DNA of 64,000 bases from Anaerovoracaceae bacterium (GTDB lineage Bacteria > Bacillota > Clostridia > Peptostreptococcales > Anaerovoracaceae), in the NCBI GenBank assembly GCA_050946575.1, contig JBMNVB010000005.1, forward strand, positions 39,383-103,382, given 5' to 3'. Position 1 is the stretch's first letter. Each line of letters starts with the position of its first letter. Made by a program: the position numbers and the translations under genes. Positions 45,425 to 54,557 of the stretch are shown piece by piece. The notes below the pieces were generated by a model. That model was given only the letters and a program-made list of their open reading frames with translations, searched no databases and was not told the origin of the DNA.

Positions 45425-46879
45425 ATGGCATTGATGACAGGACAGGAGTATGTGCAGAGCATACGAGACATGGATATGAAGATATACATGTTCGGGAAGA
45501 AGATCGAAGATCCGTCCCGGGATCCGGTGCTGCGTCCGTCACTCAACTCAGTGAAGATGACGTATGACCTCGCGCAGGATCCGGAATACAGAGACCTGAT
45601 GACAGCTCATTCTCCGTTCATTGACGGGACCGTGAACAGGTTCATGCACATCCACGAGAGCACGGATGACCTGATCAGAAAGGTCAAGATGCAGAGGCTG
45701 TGCGGAGAAAAGACGGGAGCGTGCTTCCAGAGATGCGTCGGGATGGACGCATTCAATGCGGTGTACAGCACGACTTACGAGATCGACGAGAAGTACGGGA
45801 CGAAGTATCATGAGAACTTCCTTTCGTTTCTGAAGTATGCGCAGGAGAAGGACCTTACGGTCGACGGCGCGATGACCGACCCGAAGGGGGACAGGAGTCT
45901 CCCGCCGCATAAGCAGGAGGATCCGGATCTGTATCTCAGAGTCGTTGAAAGAAGAGACGACGGGATCGTCGTAAGAGGCGCGAAGGCGCATCAGACAGGC
46001 ATCTGCAACTCGCACGAGGTGCTCGTCATGCCGACGATAGCGATGGGACCGGAAGATAAGGATTACGCCGTTTCGTTCGCAGTCCCGCTCGATGCGGAAA
46101 ACCTTTTCATGATAATAGGGCGCCAGTCGTGCGATACGAGAAAGCTCGAGGGCGCCGCGATGGATACAGGCAACCCGACGTTCGGTGGCGTCGAGGCGCT
46201 CGTCGTTTTCGATAACGTGTTCGTCCCGAACGACCGGATATTCATGAACGGCGAAACGGAATTCGCCGGCATGCTCGTCGAGAGATTCGCGGGATATCAC
46301 CGCCAGAGCTACGGCGGCTGCAAGGTCGGCGTCGGCGATGTTCTGATCGGTGCGGCGGCGTGCGCTGCGGACTGCAACGGTGTCAGCAAGGCCTCGCACG
46401 TCAAGGATAAGCTCATCGAGATGATCCACCTGAACGAGACGCTTTATTCCGGCGGCATCGCGTGCTCCGCGGAAGGAACGAAGACGAAGGCCGGGAATTA
46501 CATGATAGACCTCCTGCTCGCGAATGTCTGCAAGCAGAATGTTACGAGGTTCCCGTACGAGATAGCAAGGCTCGCCCAGGATATCGCGGGCGGCTCCGTC
46601 GTGACGCAGCCGTCGGAAAAGGACCTGCGCGACCCGAAGCTCGGGCCCTACGTCGAGAAATACATGGCCGGCGCGGTCGGCGTCCCGGCCGAAGACAGGA
46701 TGAAGATCCTGAGGCTCATCGAGAACCTCACGCTCGGCACGGCCGCAGTCGGATATCTGACGGAATCGCTGCACGGCGCTGGATCGCCGCAGGCGCAGAG
46801 GATAATGATCATGAGGCAGGGCGGCCTCGAGGAAAAGAAAAAGCTGGCTAAGGATATTGCGAAAATAAAGGATAAATAA
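45425..46879 (+). CDS. abfD: 4-hydroxybutyryl-CoA dehydratase/vinylacetyl-CoA isomerase family protein (AbfD-like)
   Basis: N-terminus MALMTGQEYVQSIRD and the Fe-S ligand context TGACFQRCVGMDA, characteristic of the AbfD/4-HPA hydroxylase family. Confidence 0.75.
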   Translation: MALMTGQEYVQSIRDMDMKIYMFGKKIEDPSRDPVLRPSLNSVKMTYDLAQDPEYRDLMTAHSPFIDGTVNRFMHIHESTDDLIRKVKMQRLCGEKTGACFQRCVGMDAFNAVYSTTYEIDEKYGTKYHENFLSFLKYAQEKDLTVDGAMTDPKGDRSLPPHKQEDPDLYLRVVERRDDGIVVRGAKAHQTGICNSHEVLVMPTIAMGPEDKDYAVSFAVPLDAENLFMIIGRQSCDTRKLEGAAMDTGNPTFGGVEALVVFDNVFVPNDRIFMNGETEFAGMLVERFAGYHRQSYGGCKVGVGDVLIGAAACAADCNGVSKASHVKDKLIEMIHLNETLYSGGIACSAEGTKTKAGNYMIDLLLANVCKQNVTRFPYEIARLAQDIAGGSVVTQPSEKDLRDPKLGPYVEKYMAGAVGVPAEDRMKILRLIENLTLGTAAVGYLTESLHGAGSPQAQRIMIMRQGGLEEKKKLAKDIAKIKDK

Positions 46880-46880
46880 C

Positions 46881-49800
46881 ATGGATAAGACAAAAATGAC
46901 AGTTATGGACGGCAATACCGCGGCGGCGTACATTTCATACGCGTTCACGGAAGTCGCGGGGATATTCCCGATAACGCCGTCCTCTACGATGGCCGAACTC
47001 GTGGACGAGTGGGCCGCGAACGGGAAAAAGAATCTGTTCGGGCAGCCTGTGCGGGTAGTGGAAATGCAGTCTGAGGGAGGCGCGGCCGGAACGGTCCACG
47101 GATCGCTGCAGTCCGGCGCGCTCACGACCACATATACCGCGTCGCAGGGACTGCTGCTGATGATCCCGAATATGTACAAGATCGCGGGCGAGATGCTGCC
47201 GGGCGTGTTCCATGTCTCGGCAAGGACGGTCTCGTCGCACGCGCTCTCGATATTCGGAGACCATTCCGACGTTATGGGAACGCGCAGCACGGGCTTCTCG
47301 TTCCTCGCTTCGGCGTCTCCGCAGGAAGTCATGGACCTCGGAGCGGTAGCCCATCTCTCGGCGATCCACTGCAGGATGCCGTTCCTCCATTTCTTCGACG
47401 GGTTCCGCACATCGCATGAGATGCAGAAGATAGAGAAGATCGATTACGAGGATCTGAGACCTTTAGTCGATGAGGAGCAGCTGAAAGCGTTCAGGAAAAA
47501 TTCCCTGAACCCGGAGCATCCCGCCACGAGAGGCACGACGGTGAACCCGGACGTGTTCTTCCAGGTCCGCGAAGCGAGCAACAGCCATTTCGCAGTCATA
47601 CCGGACGCTGTCGAGCATTATATGGAAGAGATAAAGAAGATCACGGGCCGCGAATATCACCTGTTCGATTATTACGGCGCGGAGGACGCGGAGCGCGTCG
47701 TCGTCCTGATGGGCTCCGCCGCGGAGACGGCAAAGGAAACTGTTGACGCGCTGATCGCGGCGGGCGAGAAAGTCGGCGTAATAAACGTCCATCTGTACAG
47801 ACCGTTCTCGGCGGAGTATTTCATGAGAGCGCTCCCGAAGACGGTCCGCAGGATCGCGGCGCTCGACAGGATGAAAGAACCGGGCGGTACCGGCGAACCC
47901 CTTTACGTCGACATATGCACAGTGCTGAGGCAGCAATGCATTGATGACGTAGATGTCATCGGCGGCCGCTACGGCCTTTCGCAGAAGGATACGACGCCGG
48001 GCCAGATAAAGGCGGTCTTCGACGAACTGAAAAAAGACGAACCGAAGAACGATTTCACGATCGGCATAAACGACGACGTCACGTTCACGTCGCTTCCGTA
48101 TGAGGAGCTCGACACCGCTCCGGAAGGTCAGCTCGGCGCGGTGTTCTGGGGCATGGGCTCGGACGGCACTGTAGGCGCGAACAAAAACTCGATAAAGATC
48201 ATCGGGGACGAAACGGATCTTTACTGCCAGGCGTTCTTCGTCTACGATTCGAAGAAATCCGGCGGGCTCACGCAGTCGCATCTGCGGTTCGGCAGGCAGC
48301 CGATACGCTCGCCCTATCTAGTGAACGCCGCTGATTTCATCGCATGCCACACACCGGCGTATGTGCGGCTGTACGACATGGTCCGCGGGCTCAAGGACGG
48401 CGGTACATTCCTGCTGAACTGCCCGTGGGACGAGGCGGCGCTCGAAACGCATCTCCCGGCAAAAATGAAGAGACAGCTCGCGGAGAAGGGCGCGGACCTC
48501 TATACGATAGACGCGATCGGGATCGCGAGAAAGATAGGGCTCGGGAACAGGACAAACACCATCCTGCAGGCCGCGTTCTTCGCACTCTCCGGCGTCATCC
48601 CGACAGAACAGGCGGTCAGCGCGATGAAAGACGCGATCTACAGGACGTACTATAAGCGCAAGGGACAGGCCGTGGTCGACATGAACAATGAATCCATCGA
48701 GTACGGCATAAAAGAACTGAGGAAGATAGACATCCCCGCGTCGTGGAAGGACGCGGAGGACGAGCCGGATACGCGCGACGTCCCGCCGTTCATAAGGGAA
48801 GTTGTCGATCCGATGAACAGGCAGGAGGGGAACGATCTCCCGGTCTCCGTGTTCACGAAGTTCGGCCTCGAGGACGGGACATGGTATTCGGGCTCGACGA
48901 AATACGAGAAGCGCGGGACCGCAGTCACCGTTCCCGAATGGGACAGCGCGAAATGCATCCAGTGCAACCTCTGCTCGTTCATCTGTCCGCACGCGGCCAT
49001 CCGGCCGGCGCTGCTCGATGATGAGGAAGCAATGCGGAAACCTGAGAATTTCGATACCGTGCCCGCGAAGGGGAAGGGCCTCGAAAAGTATCAGTACCGG
49101 CTGCAGGTGTCGCCTTACGACTGCACCGGCTGCGGGAGCTGCGTGAACAACTGTCCGGCGAAGGAGAAGGCCATCTCAATGCAGCCGTTCGAAGAACAGC
49201 TGAAGGAGGCCGAAAACTGGACGTTCTTCATTGATCAGGTCGAAAAGAAAGAAGACGCCGCCGGCGACGGCTCTGTCAAGGCGTCGCAGTTCAACAAGCC
49301 GTACTTCGAATTCTCCGGCGCGTGTGCCGGATGCGGCGAGACGCCTTACGTCAAGATCGTCACGCAGCTGTTCGGAGACAGGATGTACATAACGAACGCG
49401 TCGGGATGCTCGTCCGCGTACGGCGGGTCGACGCCGTCGACTCCGTACTGCACGGATAAGAGAGGATTCGGGCCGTGCTGGGCTATGTCGCTGTTCGAAG
49501 ACAATGCGGAATACGCGTTCGGGTATCTGCTCGGTCAGGACAGCGTGAAGGCTCAGGTAAGAGAGCGGGTCGAAAAACTCGCGGATGCGGGCATTGCCGA
49601 GGACGAATGCCGGGCGTATCTCGAAAACTGCGAAGACAAGAAACTTTCGCGCGGAGTATCGGACGCGCTCGTCGCCGCTCTTGAAAAGGCCGGTGACAGT
49701 GAAGACGCGGCATTCGTGCTGCAGAACAGAGAATATCTGAGCAAGAAGAGCGTATGGGCGTTCGGCGGAGACGGCTGGGCGTACGACATCGGATACGGCG

Positions 49801-50393
49801 GGCTGGATCACGTCCTCGCCTCGGGGAAAGACATAAACATGCTCGTGCTTGATACTGAAGTTTACTCGAACACCGGCGGGCAGTCGTCAAAGGCGACGCA
49901 GACCGCGGCCATAGCTAAGTTCTCCGCGGGCGGAAAGGAAACGCGCAAGAAAGACCTCGGCCTCATGGCAATGAGCTACGGCTACGTCTATGTCGCTCAG
50001 GTCGCGATGGGCTCGGACCCGGCGCAGACGCTGAGGGCGATCAGGGAAGCCGAATCATATAACGGACCTTCGATCGTGATCTGCTACTGCGCATGCATCG
50101 AGCACGGTGTAAAGGCAGGCATGGGCCTGAGCCAGCAGGAAGAGAAAAAGGCCGTCGAGGCGGGGTACTGGCATCTGTACCGCTACGACCCGAGGCTGAA
50201 GGAACAGGGGAAGAACCCGTTCCGGCTCGACTCGAAGCCGCCGACGGGCGACCTCCGGGCGTTCCTCGAAGGAGAGAACCGTTACGCTTCGCTCGAGCTG
50301 TCGTTCCCGGAAAAAGCGGAAAGACTCTTCGCGAAAGCGGAGCGCGACGCGAGAGAAAGACTTGCGAAATACGAGGAACTGGCAGGAGAATAA
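46881..50393 (+). CDS. nifJ: Pyruvate:ferredoxin (flavodoxin) oxidoreductase
   Basis: 1170-aa single-chain PFOR. Ferredoxin motifs CIQCNLCSFICP and CTGCGSCVNNCP; TPP motif GGDGWAYDIGYGG. Confidence 0.95.
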   Translation: MDKTKMTVMDGNTAAAYISYAFTEVAGIFPITPSSTMAELVDEWAANGKKNLFGQPVRVVEMQSEGGAAGTVHGSLQSGALTTTYTASQGLLLMIPNMYKIAGEMLPGVFHVSARTVSSHALSIFGDHSDVMGTRSTGFSFLASASPQEVMDLGAVAHLSAIHCRMPFLHFFDGFRTSHEMQKIEKIDYEDLRPLVDEEQLKAFRKNSLNPEHPATRGTTVNPDVFFQVREASNSHFAVIPDAVEHYMEEIKKITGREYHLFDYYGAEDAERVVVLMGSAAETAKETVDALIAAGEKVGVINVHLYRPFSAEYFMRALPKTVRRIAALDRMKEPGGTGEPLYVDICTVLRQQCIDDVDVIGGRYGLSQKDTTPGQIKAVFDELKKDEPKNDFTIGINDDVTFTSLPYEELDTAPEGQLGAVFWGMGSDGTVGANKNSIKIIGDETDLYCQAFFVYDSKKSGGLTQSHLRFGRQPIRSPYLVNAADFIACHTPAYVRLYDMVRGLKDGGTFLLNCPWDEAALETHLPAKMKRQLAEKGADLYTIDAIGIARKIGLGNRTNTILQAAFFALSGVIPTEQAVSAMKDAIYRTYYKRKGQAVVDMNNESIEYGIKELRKIDIPASWKDAEDEPDTRDVPPFIREVVDPMNRQEGNDLPVSVFTKFGLEDGTWYSGSTKYEKRGTAVTVPEWDSAKCIQCNLCSFICPHAAIRPALLDDEEAMRKPENFDTVPAKGKGLEKYQYRLQVSPYDCTGCGSCVNNCPAKEKAISMQPFEEQLKEAENWTFFIDQVEKKEDAAGDGSVKASQFNKPYFEFSGACAGCGETPYVKIVTQLFGDRMYITNASGCSSAYGGSTPSTPYCTDKRGFGPCWAMSLFEDNAEYAFGYLLGQDSVKAQVRERVEKLADAGIAEDECRAYLENCEDKKLSRGVSDALVAALEKAGDSEDAAFVLQNREYLSKKSVWAFGGDGWAYDIGYGGLDHVLASGKDINMLVLDTEVYSNTGGQSSKATQTAAIAKFSAGGKETRKKDLGLMAMSYGYVYVAQVAMGSDPAQTLRAIREAESYNGPSIVICYCACIEHGVKAGMGLSQQEEKKAVEAGYWHLYRYDPRLKEQGKNPFRLDSKPPTGDLRAFLEGENRYASLELSFPEKAERLFAKAERDARERLAKYEELAGE

Positions 50394-50419
50394 CAGGTAC
50401 ATCAACGCATTGATGCAAA

Positions 50420-50450
50420 AGGCCGCCGTGTGGAAACGGCGGCTTTTTTA
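50420..50450 (+). terminator. Intrinsic terminator after nifJ
   Basis: GCCGCCG-tgtggaaa-CGGCGGC plus TTTTTT. Confidence 0.85.
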
Positions 50451-50507
50451 TTGCTATCAAGGCTGCGGCAGAAGCATAATGCGGAATGCGTGACAAGCAG
50501 AGGAAAA

Positions 50508-50548
50508 CTTGACATCACAAGTTAGATATATTAAACTATTGTTAGTTA
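50508..50548 (+). promoter_or_regulatory. Promoter-operator module A (TTGACA-17-TAAACT with embedded AGTTAGATATATTAAACT imperfect palindrome)
   Basis: 34 of 41 positions are identical to the module at 51361-51401. Confidence 0.6.
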
Positions 50549-50582
50549 TATATAATATCAATTCGCAAACTGGGGGGATATT

Positions 50583-50882
50583 ATGAGTGTAGTAATAGTA
50601 GGCGGCAATGAATGCATGGAGTGCAGGTATAAGGAACTGTGCAGATCATATCACTGCAAGCCGAAGATCTTTCTGAAGTACAGCCAGGCGATGCAGAAGC
50701 AGATCGGGTCCCCGGATCTGATGATACTTTTTACAGGCACTGTGTCACACAAGATGGTTAAATGTGCGCTCAGCAAAGTGAAGGGGATGGATACCATGAT
50801 CGTGCGGAGCCGGTCGAGTTCGATGTCGGCGCTTAAGAATATCATGGAAGAATACGGCGGCGGTAAGAAAGCCGCGGGATGA
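50583..50882 (+). CDS. DUF2325-like small protein
   Basis: MSVVIVGGNE..DLMILFTGTVSHKM pattern recalled for DUF2325. GGGGGA RBS. Confidence 0.6.
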   Translation: MSVVIVGGNECMECRYKELCRSYHCKPKIFLKYSQAMQKQIGSPDLMILFTGTVSHKMVKCALSKVKGMDTMIVRSRSSSMSALKNIMEEYGGGKKAAG

Positions 50883-50905
50883 AAAAACGGGCCCGGGCCC
50901 GTTTT

Positions 50906-51280
50906 TTATTCCTGACTGCTGTTTTTGATGTATTTCTTCAGTGCGCGGAACGTCCTGTCGCTGATATCGTGTTCGACTTTGCAGGCGTCGTCCAGCGCGG
51001 TCTCCGGATCCACTCCTATGTCTTCGAAGAACGATGAGAGCAGCTTGTGGCGGTCGTAGATGTTCTTCGCTATTTTCCGTCCTTCGGCGGTCAGGGTGAT
51101 GATGTTCGCCCTGTCCATTTCTATATATCCTTCCTCGCGGAGTTTCTTCGTAGCGTAAGAAACGCTCGGCTTCGTCACGCCGAGTTTTTCCGCTATATCC
51201 ACGGAACGGATATAGCCGTGCTCCTCCTGCAGCATAAGCATTGCTTCGAGATAGTCTTCGGTCGATTTACTTATACTCAT
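50906..51280 (-). CDS. DtxR/MntR-family metal-dependent transcriptional repressor
   Basis: TEDYLEAMLMLQEEHGYIRSVDIAEKLGVTKPSVSYATKKLREEGYI (HTH) plus a dimerisation/metal domain (HKLLSSFF..VEHDIS). Confidence 0.85.
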   Translation of the reverse strand: MSISKSTEDYLEAMLMLQEEHGYIRSVDIAEKLGVTKPSVSYATKKLREEGYIEMDRANIITLTAEGRKIAKNIYDRHKLLSSFFEDIGVDPETALDDACKVEHDISDRTFRALKKYIKNSSQE

Positions 51281-51360
51281 TCTCTGTTCTCCGTACTGAA
51301 AAAATGGTGGATTTCTACCTTTGAATCTTATCATAACGGTATCCATATTACAAGATTCCG

Positions 51361-51401
51361 CTTGACATCCTGAATTAGATATATTAAACTCACGTTAGTT
51401 A
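51361..51401 (+). promoter_or_regulatory. Promoter-operator module B upstream of feoA (same architecture as 50508-50548)
   Basis: CTTGACATC-N5-TTAGATATATTAAACT-N3-GTTAGTTA. Confidence 0.6.
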
Positions 51402-51444
51402 AAGAACACTAACAACACTTCAATATATATAACAGGAGGAACCA

Positions 51445-51657
51445 ATGATGCCACTGACATTCGCAAAACCTGAAGAAACTGTCGTTATCAGGAAGATATC
51501 CGGCCCGGAAGACGCGCGCCGGCACCTCGCGGAGCTCGGATTCGTGGTGGGGGAGCCCGTCACCGTCGTGAGCGAGATAGCCGGGAGCCTGATACTGCAG
51601 GTGAAGGGAAGCCGCATTGCCATCGGCAGGGGAATGGCGGCAAGGATCATGATATAG
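51445..51657 (+). CDS. feoA: FeoA family protein
   Basis: SH3-like FeoA pattern (LGFVVGEPVTVV..IAIGRGMAARI). Confidence 0.85.
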   Translation: MMPLTFAKPEETVVIRKISGPEDARRHLAELGFVVGEPVTVVSEIAGSLILQVKGSRIAIGRGMAARIMI

Positions 51658-51675
51658 AGGAGAAGGAGGAATGAA

Positions 51676-51897
51676 ATGAAGACATTGCGTGAAACAAGTG
51701 TGGGAGATACCGTGCGGATCACACGGATCAACGGGCAGGGCGCGATAAAGCGCCGCATCATGGACATGGGCCTTACAAAGGGAACGGAGGTATACGTCCG
51801 GAAACTTGCCCCGCTCGGGGATCCGATAGAGCTTACGGTCCGCGGATATGAGCTGTCGGTCCGGAAAGCCGACGCCGAACGCATCGAAGTAGAGTAG
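51676..51897 (+). CDS. feoA: FeoA family protein (second copy)
   Basis: RRIMDMGLTKGTEVYVRKLAPLGDPIEL pattern. Confidence 0.85.
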   Translation: MKTLRETSVGDTVRITRINGQGAIKRRIMDMGLTKGTEVYVRKLAPLGDPIELTVRGYELSVRKADAERIEVE

Positions 51898-51933
51898 AAG
51901 TGTGTTTTTAATAGAGAGAAAGGAGAAAGCAAC

Positions 51934-54099
51934 ATGGCGATAAAGATCGCTCTTGCCGGGAACCCTAATTCCGGCAAGACAACGCTGTTCAATGATCTTA
52001 CGGGCAGTAACCAGTATGTGGGGAACTGGCCCGGGGTCACAGTCGAAAAAAAGGACGGCCGTCTCAGGACGGACCGGAATGTGATCATCCAGGACCTTCC
52101 GGGCATTTATTCCCTGTCCCCGTACACGCTGGAGGAAGTGGTATCGAGGCAGTATCTGGTATCGGAACGTCCGGACGCAATTATCGATATCATCGACGCC
52201 ACCAATATCGAAAGGAATCTGTATCTCACGACGCAGCTTCTTGAACTCAACATTCCGGTGGTCATAGCGCTCAACATGATGGACATCGTCCGCAGAAACG
52301 GCGACCGCATCAATATCGAAAAACTGGAAAAAGAGCTCGGCTGCACGATAGTGCCGATAAGCGCACTCAAGGGCGAAGGCGGGGATGAGCTCGTAAAAGA
52401 GGCCGTAAGAGCCGCGAGCTGCAGAATGAGGCCGGAGCCGCCGCACGTCTTCACGGGCTCCGTCGAGCACTGCCTCGCTCATATAGAAGAGTCGATAGAA
52501 AGGCGCGTGAAGCCGGAGAACCTGCGCTGGTACGCCGTTAAACTGTTCGAGCGCGACGAAAAAGTCCGCGAAGAGCTCGGACTTGAACAGGGCCTGCTTA
52601 ATCATATCGACGCGCATATAGCGGACTGCGAAAAGGAAATGGACGACGATTCGGAAAGCATCATAACGAATCAACGCTATGCTTACATTAATGAGGTGGT
52701 CACACGTTCCGTATCGAAGGCCGGCGCGAAGGAAAAGATGTCCGCGTCGGACAGGATCGACCGGATCGTTACGAACCGCGTGCTCGCGCTGCCGATATTC
52801 GCGGTGATAATGTTCCTCGTCTATTATATCTCTGTGACGACTCTCGGTACGGTCGTGACCGACTGGACGAATGATACGCTGTTCGGCGCCTGGATCCAGC
52901 CCGGCGTTCAGGGATTCCTTGAGGGAGCCGGAGCGTCCGAATGGGTGGTATCTCTCGTGGTCGACGGCATCATCGGCGGCATAGCGGCGCCCATTGGATT
53001 CGCGCCGCAGATGGCTCTGGTGTTCCTGTTCCTGTCGATACTCGAGGACTGCGGATACATGGCGCGCGTGGCGTTCATCATGGACCGCATTTTCAGGAGA
53101 TTCGGGCTCTCGGGCAAGAGCTTCATACCGTTCCTCATTTCATCCGGGTGCGGAGTACCGGGGATAATGGCGACGAGAACCATAGAAAACGAAAAAGACA
53201 GACGGATGACGATGATGACGACGACGTTCATACCGTGCGGAGCGAAGCTCCCGGTCATCGCCGCGATCGGCGGGTTCATCATGGGCGGAGCCTGGTGGGT
53301 GGCGCCTCTCATGTATTTCGTCGGCATAATCGTAGTTATCTGCTCATGCATAATACTGAAAAAGACAAAATTGTTCGCAGGCGAACCCGCCCCGTTCGTA
53401 ATGGAACTGCCGCAGTATCATGTGCCTTCAGTTCGCGGCGTGCTGCTTCACGTATGGGAGCGAGTATGGGCGTTCCTGAGGAAAGCCGGAACGATCCTGT
53501 TCCTCTGCTGCGTCGTCATGTGGTTCCTCGCGACATTCGGCGTGCAGAACGGGACACTCGGCATCGTTGCGGCGGAAGACAGTTTCCTGGCCGGCATCGG
53601 CGGCGCGATCAGCGTGATCTTCAGGCCGCTCGGCTTCGGAACATGGCAGGCCGTGGCGTCTTCATTGTCAGGCTTTGTGGCGAAGGAAGGCATCGTCTCC
53701 ACAATGGGTGTCCTTTCGGGGCTCGGAGAGATCGAGAGCTACACCGCTTCCATGCACAGTCAGTTCGCGGCGTTCTTCCCGACGAGCCTCGCCGCCGTTT
53801 CGTTCCTGTTCTTCAACCTGTTCGATTCACCGTGCCTCGCGGCTATATCGACGATGGCGAAAGAAATGGGATCGAGGAAATTCTTCTGGTTCGCTCTGCT
53901 GTTCCAGAACGTGCTTTCTTACTGCCTGGCATTGATGGTATACCAGTTCGGCGGACTGGCGATGGGAATCGTATCGTTCGGCCCCGCGACCGTTGCGGCT
54001 ATAGCGGTGCTCGCGCTGTTCCTGTATCTCCTGTTCAGGCCTGACAGAAACAGCGAGGTCAGATTAGAGGATGCGGAGCCCGGCAGGCAGGCGGCCTGA
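51934..54099 (+). CDS. feoB: Ferrous iron transporter FeoB
   Basis: G-domain GNPNSGKTTLFN, DLPGIYSL, NMMD. Large polytopic membrane domain. Confidence 0.95.
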   Translation: MAIKIALAGNPNSGKTTLFNDLTGSNQYVGNWPGVTVEKKDGRLRTDRNVIIQDLPGIYSLSPYTLEEVVSRQYLVSERPDAIIDIIDATNIERNLYLTTQLLELNIPVVIALNMMDIVRRNGDRINIEKLEKELGCTIVPISALKGEGGDELVKEAVRAASCRMRPEPPHVFTGSVEHCLAHIEESIERRVKPENLRWYAVKLFERDEKVREELGLEQGLLNHIDAHIADCEKEMDDDSESIITNQRYAYINEVVTRSVSKAGAKEKMSASDRIDRIVTNRVLALPIFAVIMFLVYYISVTTLGTVVTDWTNDTLFGAWIQPGVQGFLEGAGASEWVVSLVVDGIIGGIAAPIGFAPQMALVFLFLSILEDCGYMARVAFIMDRIFRRFGLSGKSFIPFLISSGCGVPGIMATRTIENEKDRRMTMMTTTFIPCGAKLPVIAAIGGFIMGGAWWVAPLMYFVGIIVVICSCIILKKTKLFAGEPAPFVMELPQYHVPSVRGVLLHVWERVWAFLRKAGTILFLCCVVMWFLATFGVQNGTLGIVAAEDSFLAGIGGAISVIFRPLGFGTWQAVASSLSGFVAKEGIVSTMGVLSGLGEIESYTASMHSQFAAFFPTSLAAVSFLFFNLFDSPCLAAISTMAKEMGSRKFFWFALLFQNVLSYCLALMVYQFGGLAMGIVSFGPATVAAIAVLALFLYLLFRPDRNSEVRLEDAEPGRQAA

Positions 54100-54141
54100 G
54101 CGGAGCCCGCACAGGCGTAATGACGAAAAGGGGTGATAACT

Positions 54142-54285
54142 GTGAGACTGGGATTTGTACTGACTCCGGCCGATAAAGCTGTTCTGGCGGTACTGCTGGC
54201 AGTTTTCCTCGTCGTCCTGCGTATTGTGATCGGATTCTTCCGCACGAAGCCGCGGAGGAAAGGCGACGAAAGGAGGTCATCATGA
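54142..54285 (+). CDS. Possible 47-aa single-TM protein (GTG start)
   Basis: AAAGGGGTGA RBS-like sequence, hydrophobic core AVLAVLLAVFLVVLRIVIGFF, basic tail. Its stop overlaps the next start (ATGATGA). No homology support. Confidence 0.3.
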   Translation: MRLGFVLTPADKAVLAVLLAVFLVVLRIVIGFFRTKPRRKGDERRSS

Positions 54286-54449
54286 TGAACATTGCGGATC
54301 TGATCATTCTGCTCGTGGTCGCGGCGCTGGTCATCCTGGCGGTCGTCCGCATGGCGCGCCGCAGGAAATCGTCCGGCACATTCTGCGAGCACTGCTGCGG
54401 AGGATGCGCGATGAGCGGTGAATGCCATAAATCAATGCAGAATAAGTGA
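54282..54449 (+). CDS. FeoB-associated Cys-rich small membrane protein (55 aa)
   Basis: AGGAGG RBS. MMNIADLIILLVVAALVILAVV TM helix followed by CEHCCGGCAMSGEC, the typical pattern of the small protein found after feoB in Firmicutes. Confidence 0.7.
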   Translation: MMNIADLIILLVVAALVILAVVRMARRRKSSGTFCEHCCGGCAMSGECHKSMQNK

Positions 54450-54456
54450 TCCTTTC

Positions 54457-54484
54457 AAGAGGAGCCCGGTGCTCCTCTTTTTTA
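54457..54484 (+). terminator. Intrinsic terminator of the feo operon
   Basis: AAGAGGAGC-ccggt-GCTCCTCTT plus TTTT. Confidence 0.85.
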
Positions 54485-54557
54485 TGCGCCGCGCTTTATT
54501 TAACCGCGGGAAAAAGTTATAATAACTGTCATCAGGTACACTGAAAGGGAGGCGGAA

